A stretch of DNA of 33,711 nt from Peribolospora baueri (GCA_029717555.1 JAMDHS010000075.1:62001-95711), one strand, 5' to 3'; counted from the first letter of the stretch, positions 1 to 11,749 are shown. The notes: generated from the letters alone by a model not told the origin. Program-made: numbers and translations.

Positions 1-93
1 CGAGGCGATCTTTGAGAACGCTGCGCCTCGAACTCATCTAACCTCTTTGCCACCCACTCCAACCTCGCAAAGAGCAAGCCTTCGCCTCGAATC

Positions 94-2860
94 ATGCACG
101 CCAGTCTTCTCTGTCTTGCCGGCTTCACGCTGGCCTCCCTGCTCGCGCGTCCCGTTCACCCCCTTCCCTTCACTGGCTGGCGCCAGCCGTCGGAGAGAGA
201 AGGCCTCGAACTACTGGCCAACCGTCGCTCCGGCTCGTCCAGCACGTCCTCCGCCGCCGCCCAGTCGACTACCAACCCGGACTATTCCTATTACGATCAG
301 TTCCAGCACGAGGTGAGCGCACGTACCGTGCCGTCGCGTGAATCGGGGCTGAGGGCCGCCTCGTCGTCGTCGTCCACAGGTTCCCGAGGCCATCAGGGGT
401 CCCCTCGGCGCTACCGAGACCGGTCCGAAAAACACCGAGCTGGACAGGCAGAATCCGGTGAGTCGTGTCGCCCGACGACGCTCTTCGACGGGACCGCTCA
501 TTCTCCTATGTCTTGGATCGCGTCGCCCGCCTCTAGGACATGCTCGCACCCCCGTCGACCGACTCAGGGTCCAGTGAGCGTCTTCTCGACTTTGACTTGG
601 CTCTCTCTCTCTCCGCACCTCTAATGCCGATCCATCGCTTGCATCCTCTGACCAGTCCCAAACGCAAAGTGGCCCTTCGCACTCTCCCACAACAGGCTCA
701 CAGACGCCGGCTGGGCACGGTGGGTTGCCAGCGTTCGAAGCGACGAGTCGTGTCGTCGAATCAAAACGAACGCGTCCCGACCCACCGTCCGTCCGTCCGT
801 CTTTGTCTTTTGTCCCGTTTGTTTGTTTAGCCAGCAGAACGTTCAAGTCATGCCCGTCGCCACGGAGCTCGCTGGCGTCAACATGCGCCTCGAGGAGGGG
901 GCCATCAGGTAAGCAGCCGCGGTCGCCGCCCGTCTGTTCTGACAGAGCGTCCTTGTGCTTCTCGCAATGACCCGTTTCATCCCCCTGCGAACAGAGAAAT
1001 GCATTGGCACAGTGAGCGCCTCCGCCCGTCACGTCACGTCATGCTTTATTTTCCCTCTTCTTCTAAGCCTTCTCGCCCTTTTTTTCTTCTTTTTAGCGGC
1101 CGCCGAATGGTCGTATATGCTCAACGGCTCGGCCAGGGTCAGCGGGGTGAGCGACCGAGCCGCGGTCGTGCACTCAAAGGAAACGAGCCTGAACTGACTC
1201 CCCGTGCGGCGCCGTACGTTCGTAGATCGACTATGACGGTCGCAACTACATTGCCGACGTCAACCCCGGCGGTGCGTTGCGTTGCGTTGCGCTTTTGACT
1301 CTCCCACCGGACCACCGGCACCGGCACGCTCTAACTTTTTTTTTTTTCTTTCCTTTCACCCACCGGATACCAGACACTTGGTATTTCCCTGCCGGCATTC
1401 CGCACGTCATCCAAGCCTTGAAAGGCGGCTGCGAATTCCTCCTCGTATTCGACGACGGCGCGTTCTCAGGTGAGTCGTCCGTCTCGCCGGGCTCCTCGGT
1501 GCGAATTTCTTTTTAAATCATACTTTTTTTCTCGGCCTGGGGTGTGTCTCAGAGGACGCGACGCTGCTGCTGACCGACTGGACGGCACACACGCCGAAAG
1601 AGGTGCTGGCGAAGAACTTTGGACTGCCAATGTCCGCCTTTGCGCACATTCCGTCCAGCGGAAACACAAAGTACATCTTCCCCGCCGCGCTCCCGCAGGG
1701 CAGTGCGGCGGATCAGGCGGTGTCGGATCCAAACGGGACGGTGCCGAACCCGTTCACGTTCCCATGGAGCAAGGTCGACGTTGCCAGGGCTCCCGGAGGC
1801 GGAGGGGGCGTCAAAGTGTTGGACTCTACCACCTTTCATGCCAGCAAGACCATTGCCGCCGCCCTCGTCGAGGTCGAGCCGAACGTGAGCGCACCCGACG
1901 ATGTGACGGCGATGGCAACGGGACGCACGCCAAATCGTTTCCCCACTTGGGCGTGGTCGAGAGCTGAACAGCGGTTTCCTTTTCTTTTCTTTTGTTTTTG
2001 TCGGTTTCCACACCCACACGCCCCTGTAGGGAATGAGGGAGGTGAGAGAATCCGGTGTACGTGATCGGCTGTGCCCGTTCTCACTCATGTTCGCCGTCGT
2101 TTGACGGGATGGCCCGCCACCCAGCTACACTGGCATCCGAACAGGTGAGAAGCGCGGATGTGGACTGTAGTGGAAGACGGGACGACCACGACGCTGACGA
2201 GCCGCTATCGTACGATCGACGTGGCCCTCAGCGACGAGGTGAGTGTTCGACGGGGCCTTCTCGAGCGCTCGTCCCCGCACAGCTCGCTCACACATCCCGT
2301 CCCCACGCCACCCCGCGGCGACGACAGTGGACATATTGGCTTCAGGGGCACGCCCGGATCACCGTGTTTGCGGGACAGTCGAATGCGAGGACGTTCAACT
2401 TCCAAGGTGCGATCGCCGGTCACGGAGCGAGACTCGACTGGCGCTGACTCGGTCCGCTCGGTGTCGCTTTTCCATTCCATTCCATCCATATCCAGCCGGC
2501 GATACCGGTTACATCCCTGCCTCTCAAGGGCATTACGTCGAGAACATTGGTGCGTGAGAGCCTGTCGGTCCGTGCGGAGGGGAAGAAGAAGGGATCGGAG
2601 CTGAAGGAACGAATACGGCGGCATTTGCCTCTGCCTCCCCTCGCCTTACGGCAACAGGAAACGAGACGCTCAAGTACCTGGAGATATTCAAGTCGGACGT
2701 CTACGAGGACGTCTCGCTGGCCCAGTGGCTCGCGCTCACGCCTGCCTCCATCGTCCAAGCCCACCTGGGCCTGTCGGACGAGACGATCGCGGAGCTGAAG
2801 AAGGAAAAGGCGTTGGTCGTGCCGGGGACGAAGAGCAATGTGGCGCAGGTGAGGGCCTGA
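94..2860 (+). CDS. oxdC: Oxalate decarboxylase (bicupin, Mn-dependent), probably secreted; 16 exons
   Basis: GT-AG exons 94-312, 380-457, 537-573, 656-719, 831-908, 995-1011, 1097-1146, 1226-1271, 1374-1469, 1553-1884, 2030-2041, 2125-2144, 2232-2238, 2328-2406, 2496-2549, 2658-2860 join in frame. Motifs: [36 protein letters not shown], cupin 1 GAIREMHWHTAAEW...[24 protein letters not shown], cupin 2 GMRELHWHPNSDEW...[13 protein letters not shown]. Hydrophobic N-terminus resembles a signal peptide. Confidence 0.95.
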
Positions 2861-3303
2861 CGAGGCCTTTTTCTTGTCCTCTTCCCTCCGTCTTTGCTGC
2901 TAGCCGTCTCGACGCGCTAGCCGTCGATGTAAGGTACCCACGCCCCGCCCTGCACCGTCGGACGGGGATCGTGTTTCGGAGCTGTAGTCAAGCCTGTCAT
3001 GACAGAAGGGTGAATGAGCCTGACGAGGAAGACGAAAAGGAGAGCGAGCGGTGAATGATTGATCGATCGATCGTAGCCAAGTCGGCAAAGTGTGGGGAAC
3101 AACATCCATTCCCCGCATGGGCCGTCCCGACGGACGGACGGTCACGACCGTCGAGGAGCTAGGGAACAAGGTGATCGATCGATCGATCGGCGACATCACA
3201 TCGGCTGCGGACGGCGGAGGAGAGAAAGGACAAGGAGAGGAGGTAGAGCAACGATGGCCGGGCTGACGGATGGATCTCATGACCTCGGAGTTTTTGTGAG
3301 CCC

Positions 3304-3334
<31 letters not shown>

Positions 3335-3782
3335 ATGATCGCCGGCCATGGTCGTGATGTGCTGGATCGCGGTCAACGGCGTTTATCGGCGGCGTGCCTG
3401 GATAGGGACGAGGGTGTGGGGAGGATGTGGAATGGGATCGAGCGGTGTCGTGTCGGTCGCGTCGCTCGCGTCGCGTCGCCGCAGTCGATCCATTCGATCC
3501 ATTCATTCATCGGTCGGTCGATTGAACCGGATCGGATCGCGCGGCTGCTGCTGCGGCTGCGGCGTGTTTTACACGGTGCGCTGGAGTACGCGCGTTTGGT
3601 ATACGTATACCGGTATACTACTGTGCGAGCGTCCGTGTACCGTATACGGGTCGCACGTGCTGGAATGGAATGTGATGTGTCACGTGCTGCGCGCCTCGGC
3701 CGCCGTGCGCCTGCCTGCCTTTTCGTTTTCCTTCCTTCCCTCGTCGGGGCTGGCTTGGCTGGAGGGACGGACGGAAGCGGCG

Positions 3783-3975
3783 TCGAGGTCGAGGTCGAGG
3801 TGGCGGTCGCGGTCGCGTCGTCGTCGGCATCATAGTCGTGGTCGTGGTTATGGTGGTGGTCGTGTCGTGTCGTGGTAGTCGTGGTGGTGGTCGTCGTCGT
3901 CGTTGTCGTCGTAGTCGGTCGTTGGTCATAGTCGTCGTCGTCGGTCTGTCGCGGTCGTAGTCGTCCTCCTCATCG
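3783..3975. repeat. Degenerate (GTC/GTG/GTA)n trinucleotide low-complexity tract
   Basis: Visible runs such as gtcgaggtcgagg, gtcgtggtcgtggt and gtcgtcgtcgtcgttgtcgtcgtagtc in the intergenic region. Confidence 0.7.
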
Positions 3976-4049
3976 CCGTCCTGCCCATCGCTTCGCCCTC
4001 GCCTCGGCCTGCCCGCCATTTAGGCGCGCCTCGCTGGCCGGCCTTCCAT

Positions 4050-4295
4050 CCCCCCAGTCCGTCGTCGACGTCCATCTCCGTCTCCATCCTCGTCACCATC
4101 ACCATCTCCGTCACCACCTCCATCACCATCCCCATCACCCCCACTCCATCCACCCTCCTTTCTCCTCCATCCACCCTCCTTTCCCCCTCTCCCTCCCTCC
4201 CCTATGCCCTCCATCCATCCCTAGCCCCCTCTCCTCCCTCCCCGCCCTCCCTAGCCCTCCTCCCACCCCCAGAGGCCATCCCAGCCTCCTGACCC
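4050..4295 (+). promoter_or_regulatory. C-rich/pyrimidine-rich tract upstream of the ATG at 4296 (probable core promoter or 5' UTR)
   Basis: Almost G-free CCCT/CCAT/CACC-rich sequence directly before the start codon, typical of fungal CT-rich promoters. Function is inferred. Confidence 0.4.
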
Positions 4296-7200
4296 ATGAC
4301 CAGCCTCGGACGCGCCTCGCCGCCCCCCCGCTATCGTCCCTTGGCCCGCGCAACCACCCCCGGGACGTCGCCCTCTCTCCACCCGCCACCACCGCGTGAC
4401 GACGACGACGACGACGACAGCGGAAACAAAAACAGTACGAAAACTGCCGACGGCGACGATACCCTCCCCCTTGACCAAGACCGCGACCGCACCCACGGCA
4501 AAGCTCTCCAGTTGCCCTCCCCGCCTTTGACAAGCTCGGACGTGGGCAGCTCGGGCAAGGGAAGCGGCTCGGCAGGAAGGGGCAGCGTCGGCGGCGGCGG
4601 CGCCGACCGCGAGAGCCCGCTGCCTGTGCCGCTTTCCAAGGGAAGGTCTTCCGTCGCAGGGAATGCCCATCCGCGTAGGAGGGATAGGGAAAGGGAAAGG
4701 GAAAGGGAAAGGGTTAGAGGGAGGGATAGGGAAGAAGAAGAGGAGGACGTATTGAATATGAGCAGATCCGGATCCAGCAACAGTAGGACTGGCTCGAATG
4801 CTAGTAGGAGGGTTAGGACGCTCGCTGAGAGGAACCTTGCGGTGAGTCTTGTCTTTTTTTTTCTCCGATGGCCGGATGGACGACGGACGAACGACGACCG
4901 CTTAGATCCTCGACTGACCCACTCCCATCATCCCTTCAGGCTATCGACCGCATCGCCGCCTCTCGCTCCGATTCGCCCTCTAGAGGCCTTCCAGAATCGC
5001 CCACCACCTCTCCTCGCACGTCCTTCTCCCGCTCTCGCGACTCCTCCTCCATCGTCTCCGGCGACGACACCAACACCGACGACCGGCGGCGCTCCGCCGA
5101 CCTCGATCGCACTACCACCACCTTCCGAGACCGTCCTTCCGCCGCCGCCGCCGCCGCCCGACGACGGTCCGTCGACTTGGATGGCCCCTCCAGACCGCCT
5201 CTCTCCCGCTCCGCCGGCACCGCCAGGATACACGCCACCGACTCGGTCTCCCGCGGCGCCAGCTCCCCGCTCGCCAGCCCCACCGAGCACGCCAGCCCGA
5301 CGACGGTCAGCTACGGCGGCCACACCTCCGCCCCTCGTCCTCGGTCCTCCTTTCCGCGCCCTTCCCGCAGCGGCAGCGCCAGCGGGAGGGCGAGCAGGGG
5401 CGCCGGCTCCATTCCTAACAGCCCCTTGACCGAGGAGGTCGAGGCCGACGGTGGTGCGCACGAACCCGCGTCCACTCCCTCCGTCATGATCGGCGTCAAG
5501 CGGGTCAGCCCTAAACGGCCCGCCATGCCTCCTGAGTTTCTCGAGTCCCCCAGGACCACCACAACGACCCTCTCGCGCCCTTCTCCTTCTTCTTCCGTCC
5601 AGCCCAGCCCTTCGACGCCCGCCGATCCTTCTTTCCCCTCGTCTTCGCGCAACGCCGCCGGTCGAGGAACTCACCGACGATCCAAGACGGTCTCGTCGGC
5701 TTCTCAGGACTCTAGCACCTCGCGCGAGTCCGATCGGAGCTCCTCTTCCCGCAGACGCCGCGACAACGTCGTCTTCGAGGGCGTCGGTCACAACGGCGAT
5801 CAGCACTCTGGCTCCTCTGCCAACGGCTCCATGCGCCGACCGCCCTCAGCCGCCGGGCATCGGCGCCGACGGTACGGCTCCGAGGTCACCCGTTTCGGTG
5901 CCGCCACCGCTGCATCTTCGTCAACGGAGAAGGAAAAGGAGAGGGACGACGGCCTGCCGAGCATGGACTACGAGGGCCGAGGCGGTAGCCAGCGCAATCG
6001 GCTCAGCGTTGACTCGAGCGAGGCTTTTCGCTACCTCGCTCGAGCTGCCCTAATTAGCGGACCGGGGAGCGGCGGTGGGGAGAGGTCGAGAACGACGTCG
6101 ACGGTCAGCTCTGCGCGTTCTTCTGAAGAAGGCGCGCGTTCGCGTTCGAGGATGCGCAGTCTCAGCTCGTTGCAGCGGGACGGCCGGAGCGACATGTTTG
6201 ACGAAGCGGCGTCGGGGTCGGGCAGGTACGCCTCTCCTACCGGTTCTTCTTCCGTCGGTGGACCGAGAATGAGGAGGCCGGCGGGCGGGAGCAACGAGGA
6301 GCGGGCGGCGAGGATCAGGGAGCTTAAGGAGAGGGAGGAGAGGCTGAGGGAGCAGAACTTGGGAAAGAGTGGGTGGTGGGACGAGGTGGAGGATGTGAGT
6401 TTTTTTTTTTTTCGTCTCTTCGCTCGTCTCGCTTCCTTTCCCTAGCTCACCCTTGTCTCTTCTCTCTCTCCCCCCACCGCAGCTTCGCCTCCGCATAGAG
6501 GCCCTCGAAACGGGCGACCCCATGCCGCCCATCTCGCACAGTCGCACCAACTCGACCCTCCGCGACCGCGAACGCAGGCCTGACTCGGATGATCCCATGC
6601 AGACGCCCAACGCGCGCCTCGCCGCTCGCCGGACGACGCCCCGCTCCGCCGGCTCCAACATTGCCTTTCCCTCCTCTTCTGCCGCCTCCGGCCTGCACAA
6701 CAACGGCAGTCGCACGGCGCCCTCCAAGATCCGCTCGCCTCGCTCGAGCTTGACGAGGAGCGAGATCGACCCGCGCGAGTTGATCGACTTGGACGACTCC
6801 AGGCGCTCCTTCTCCAGCCTTCGAGGCGAGCCCGACGCACTCGTCAGGAGGAGCAGGACCGTCCACGACGGCGGCGGCCACCACTATCGCCCCGCCACGT
6901 CCCTCGACTTTTCAGCCCCTGGCTCCCGCGTCGCGAGCCGTGCGGCGAGCAGAGCCGCCGCTGCGATCGCCGCCTCCGATGCTTCTTCGTCGTCCGCCTC
7001 CAGGCTCGACTCGGCCGCGTCGCGCGCGTCCGGCATCTTTCGCCAGGAGAGCAGCCTCACCCACGATCGTAACATGCACAACGCCTTTGACATGTTCCAG
7101 CGGCACTTTGCCCCGGGCGTCATCTCGCCCAGCGTTGCGGGGACGACGAGTGCGAGCGCCGGCGCCGGCGAACAGGCGCCCGACTCGGCGGAACTGGTGT

Positions 7201-8894
7201 CCAAGTTTGACGAGGTGACCCTGGCTGCGAGCAAGCTCAACACGGGCCTTCGGACGCTCATCCAGCAGACCCTCGAGGCGCAGATCGACGCCGAAGTGAA
7301 CGACGGCGGCGGCGGTTCACACGATTCCGCCGCCGCCGCCGTCGCTTTCGCTCGCATCGAAAAGGGCCTCATCACACTGCTCAAGGTCAGCGACGAACAG
7401 GTGCGCAGTCTCACCGACGGCCTCATCTGCTTCACTCGCGCCGACAGGGAGAGGGAGAGGATGCGCAAGGCCATGAGCCTCGACGGCGGCGGCTCCCACG
7501 GCAGGCCGGCCAGCGCTCGCGGCAGTGGGCCGTTTAGTCCGACGACCAGCGCCGTCTCCGGCCTTCCCCGTGGCGATGCTCTGCGAAAGAGCGTGAGCAG
7601 CAGAGAGAGCGAGAGCCCGACGGAGCGCGCCGTCGCCGGCAACCCTGCCAAACGGGCCGCCCCCGCCGACCGGCCCTCCTCCTCCTCGTCCGCCGCCGCT
7701 GCCTTTATCACCCACGGCCGATCCGCCACTCTGAGCCGGTTGCAAGCCGCGCCCGAGTCGCCGTACTCTCCTTCGCCCCTGGGCCAAATCGGCTCCGCCG
7801 TCGGTCTCCTCTTCGATCCCAACAGCCCCACGCCGGTTCCGACGAACGCCACCGTCCCTCGACCGGCGCGCTCGCGCTCCGGTACCACCGGCACCGCGTC
7901 CGCCTCCCTCGACGCGTTCCTCGCGCACGACGACTCGTCGCCGAACCAGGACACGCTGCGCAGGAGCCACGGCTACGGCCACGGCTACGGCCACGGCGCG
8001 AGTCGACCGGCGCTCCTCGGTCCCACCAGCGGGACGAGCCCGGTGAAGCCTCCTTTGTCGCTCGCCTCGCCGCGCGAACCCAAATCGAGCGTTCCGACGA
8101 CAAGCGTCAGCAACGTCGTCGCCTCTGCCGATTCCTCCCACCACGTCGCTGTTTCTCCGTCGTCTGTCGGAGCCGCGGTTGGCGGAGTGCCAGGGGACGT
8201 GAGTTTGCTCCGCGCGCGCACCCTCGGCGCCTCCGATCCGCTCGGCCTCTCCTCTCGTCCGTCTCGCCAGTTGGTGTCCCCCGTGGCTTTGGCTCATTCG
8301 TCGGCGAACGAGTTGGCGCAGCACGCTCGGAGGAACACCGTGTCGGGCGACGAGGTAGACGTGGACGAGTGGGGCGCCTCGGCGCTCCACCGTCGCCAGC
8401 ATCGCTACGTCGGCACTGTTGGCGCTCCGACGACATCGGCGGTTTCTTCTTCCGCCCTGTTTGACGGTGCACTGCTCGGCGTCCCCGGCGAGGGACAGGA
8501 CGACGACGCGAGCCCTCGTCGGAAGCGCGGTCTCTCCAACGGCGGCGAGGCGATGGCCGGCGGCAGCGGTAGCGGCGGGGGGACGATGGCGACCTTGACC
8601 GGGTTGATGTCGCTCTCGCTTGGTCGGAGTGCGGGCGCGAGAAAGACGCGTGGTCGGTCGGCGAGCGTGGACGAAGATGGCGGTGGGGGTGGGGGCGAGC
8701 AGGCGCGGACGAGTGAGGAGACGCTCGGCGGCGGTGGAGACAGAGACGGAGGCGGAGGCGGCGGCGGCAGCGGAGGCGGAGCCGCCGGCGTCGGTTCGCT
8801 GTTCGGAGTCGAACAGCAGAAGAGCCCGAGGAGGAAACGGGTGGCGGAGCTGATTGGGAGGAGGAAGAAGGGCTTGATGGACGATGTTGACTAG
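4296..8894 (+). CDS. Large (~1470 aa) Ser/Arg/Ala-rich intrinsically disordered hypothetical protein with short helical or coiled-coil islands; 3 exons
   Basis: Exons 4296-4841, 4940-6394, 6483-8894 are joined by phase-0 GTGAGT...CAG introns and link three long ORFs in frame. An in-frame TGA at 4290 precedes the ATG. Helical islands: RIRELKEREERLREQ, WWDEVEDLRLRIEALE, and ELVSKFDEVTLAASKLNTGLR...SDEQVRSLTDGLI. Confidence 0.8.
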
Positions 8895-9284
8895 ACGCGT
8901 TCCCTCCGTCTTCGTTCCCTTCCCGTTCTGTTCTTTTTTTTTTCATGCCTATCCCTCCGTTCGTCTGTTTTTCACTCGTTCTCCCACGGATGGCTCTCCT
9001 CGTTTTAGTCGCTTACTCGTTCTCACCAGTCATCCTCGTCATGGCCTTGTTCCTGTTCTAGCCTTTTCTCTCTCTCTCACAAAGACTTTCCGCTCCCTTC
9101 CTTTCCCTTCCCTTCCTTGCTCTTCACTCCCGCCTCCTCCTTGGCGGCTCGGTCCGCCCGGCGTTTTCCCTTCTCCACTTGTGTCTCGGCCTATCCCTTT
9201 GTCGTTCCTTTTGCTCTCATCGTCCCCTCTCCTACCCGCCTACGTACCGTACCGTACCGTAGCCAGCTAGCTAGTCTCCATGCT

Positions 9285-9302
9285 CCCCCCCCCCCCCCCC
9301 CC
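9285..9302. repeat. Poly(C)18 homopolymer between convergent 3' ends
   Basis: Direct read of the sequence. Confidence 0.85.
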
Positions 9303-9561
9303 TTCCCCTCGGTCTTTTGCAATCGTCCATCTGTACTAAGCGTTACGCCCCGCGGCCTCTCTCGCCGACTTGTCGTGCCGCGCTCAAAAAGCCGCGCGTC
9401 TTTTCTTTCCTTTTTTTTTCTTTCGCCGACGCCAACCCACGGCGTCTGAAAGCAAGGCGAATCAATGCGCTTGTCTGTCTATTATCATTCGTGGAGCAGG
9501 CAGATTCTATCATATCACTACATCTCACACCCATCGCGCGGCCGGACGAGAGGGGGACGAG

Positions 9562-11749
9562 CTACAGCTTGAACCAGCCCATCATCCCAGGTCGGGTGTT
9601 CTCCCAGACGTGTTTGACTTCGCGGTACTCGTCCAGCCCCTTTGGTCCGAGCTCTCGTCCGTTGCCTGACATTCCGAAGCCGCCCCATTCGGCACTCGGG
9701 TCGTATTCGTTGTAGGCTGTATGTGGTGGTGCGAAAAAATAAAAATAAAAATAAAAAAGAGTCGGCGAAGAGGAAAGAGGGGCCCGTGAGCGAGGAAAGC
9801 AATGACGACGGCTCACTGTTGATCCAAACCGTCCCGTGCCTCAACCTGGCCGCCACCCTGGTCGCCCTCTGCAAATCGCTCGTCTGCACGCCCGCGGCCA
9901 GGCCATATCTCGTATCGTTGCCCAGCCGGATCGCATGCTCCTCGTCGCCGGCGGCAAAGCGCTCGATCGTGAGGATGGGCCCAAAGGTTTCTTGTTGGAC
10001 GATCTCCATCGATCGATCGCATTGGTCGAAGATGGTTGGAGGAAAGAAGTAGCCTTTGGAGAGCGGGCCGGTGGTCGGCCGGAAGCCGCCGGTGACGAGC
10101 TGTCGTAGAAGAGACGGAAGGAAGAGATGAGTTCGTTATGTCGGACGAGCAGCAAAGGACGAGGACGGAGAGAAAGACAAAGACGCACTCGAGCCCCCTC
10201 GCCCAAGCCCATCTCGACAAACTTCTCCACCTTGCTCAGCTGCTGAGCGCTGACCAGCGGGCCCGTCTCGGATCGCTCGTCCAAGCCGTCCCCGACGACG
10301 ATCCTCTCTGCCCTCTCCTTGAGCCTCTGGACGAGCCTGTCCACAAAATCCCCCTCGTCTTCGACGACAAGTCGCGCACCCGAGGAGCACACTTGCCCGC
10401 TGTGCGTGAACACGCCGGTAAGCACATTGTCCACCACCTCCTCAAACGCCTTCTCCTTCTCCGCCTCGCCGGCGCCGTGACGGAGGAGCGCGTCGGCAAA
10501 GACGAGGTGCGGGTTCTTGCCTCCCAGCTCCACCGTCGTCCTCTTGACGCCGTCCGACGCCTTGCGAATGATGTGCCGGCCAGTGTTGAGACCTCCGGTG
10601 AAGGACACCAAGTCGACGTCCGCGTGCGACGTGATCACGTCTCCGATCGACGCGCCAGAACCGAGGAGCAGCTGAATCGACGTCGTCGGGAAGCCGGCTT
10701 CGATGCAGAGGCGGACGAGGTGGACGGTGGACAGGGGTGTCACCTCGGACGGCTTGATCACCGCCACATTGCCCGTTCCCAGCGCCGGCGCGAGCTTCCA
10801 AGCGAGTTGCATTAGCGGGTAGTTCCAGGGAGCTGCAGACGGTCATACACGACGGCGGGCGAGGAGAAGGGACGGCACACGATCAGCCGTGCCGTGCCGC
10901 TCGGTTTTGCCTTCTCCGCGACCACGACTGGGACTCACTAATCAAGACGGCCACGCCCACCGGCTCATGGACGATCCTACTGCGAATCTCCTGCCTGCCC
11001 TCGATCTCCACCTGCCTGTCCACTTCCTTCAACACCTCCTCGGCGTAGTACCGGAAACACTTGACGCACTCGTCCACGTCGATCCGGCTCTCGTTGAGCG
11101 TCTTGCCAGAGTCGAGCGTCTCCGTGCGGGACAGCGTTTCCTTGTCGCGCACCAGAAGCATGGCGAGCTTTTTGAGGAGCGCAGATCGGCCTTGTGGCGT
11201 GAAGAAAGGGTGGGAGGACGCCGACGACGACGATGGCGGGGTCAAGAGCGCCGGCGCGAGCGCGTGGAAACACCGTTTGGCGCTGGCGATGGCGCGCTCG
11301 GCGTCCTGCGCAGACGCCTCGTCGACGACGGCGAACGGCTCGGCGGTGGCCGGGTTGATGACCTGCCGCGAGGCGCCCGTGGAGGAGTGCACCCACTGGC
11401 CGTCGATGTAGAGCGTCGGGGCGAACGAGGGGGTGGTGTGAGGCTTGGACATGTCTGCTTGAGACTGGCAGACGGCGCTGGTGGCGGACGACGAGGTGGT
11501 GGGCTCTTGCGCACGCGATGTCGTCGAGAAGGCGAGACGGCAGCGTCCGGGCGGCGTCCTGGCGGGGGAGGAGGCGAGGGCGGCGGTGGTGGTAGTGGTG
11601 GTGGCCTTGGTGCGGCGAGTTGATGCGGCTGGAGGCGGCGCGGTGGTGAGCTGGATCAGGTTCAGCCTGCGACGTGCGAAGGGACGGGGACGAGGAAGAC
11701 TAGGAGCGACGTCGATGGTGACGGCGGCGAACAACGACCTGGTCGCCAT
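9562..11749 (-). CDS. NAD(P)+-dependent aldehyde dehydrogenase, betaine-aldehyde dehydrogenase (GbsA-like) type; alternative downstream start at 11452
   Basis: Core exons 11452-10939, 10832-10189, 10099-9817, 9716-9562. Motifs: LYIDGQW, ITPWNYPL, KPSEVTP, SFTGG, ELGGKNP (catalytic Glu), HSGQVCSSG (catalytic Cys), ETFGP, AEWGGFGMSGNGRELG. There is an open in-frame extension from ATG 11749 with a possible 72-nt intron at 11738-11667. Confidence 0.93.

Noticed and set aside
4711..4817. Telomere-like GGGTTAG/AGGGTTAGG words
   Set aside because: Isolated single copies inside a coding exon, not tandem arrays.
4928..8946. Long antisense ORFs (e.g. 4928-5806, 6884-7954, 7317-8402, 8107-8946)
   Set aside because: Shadow frames of a high-GC coding region with few antisense stops; no independent motifs.
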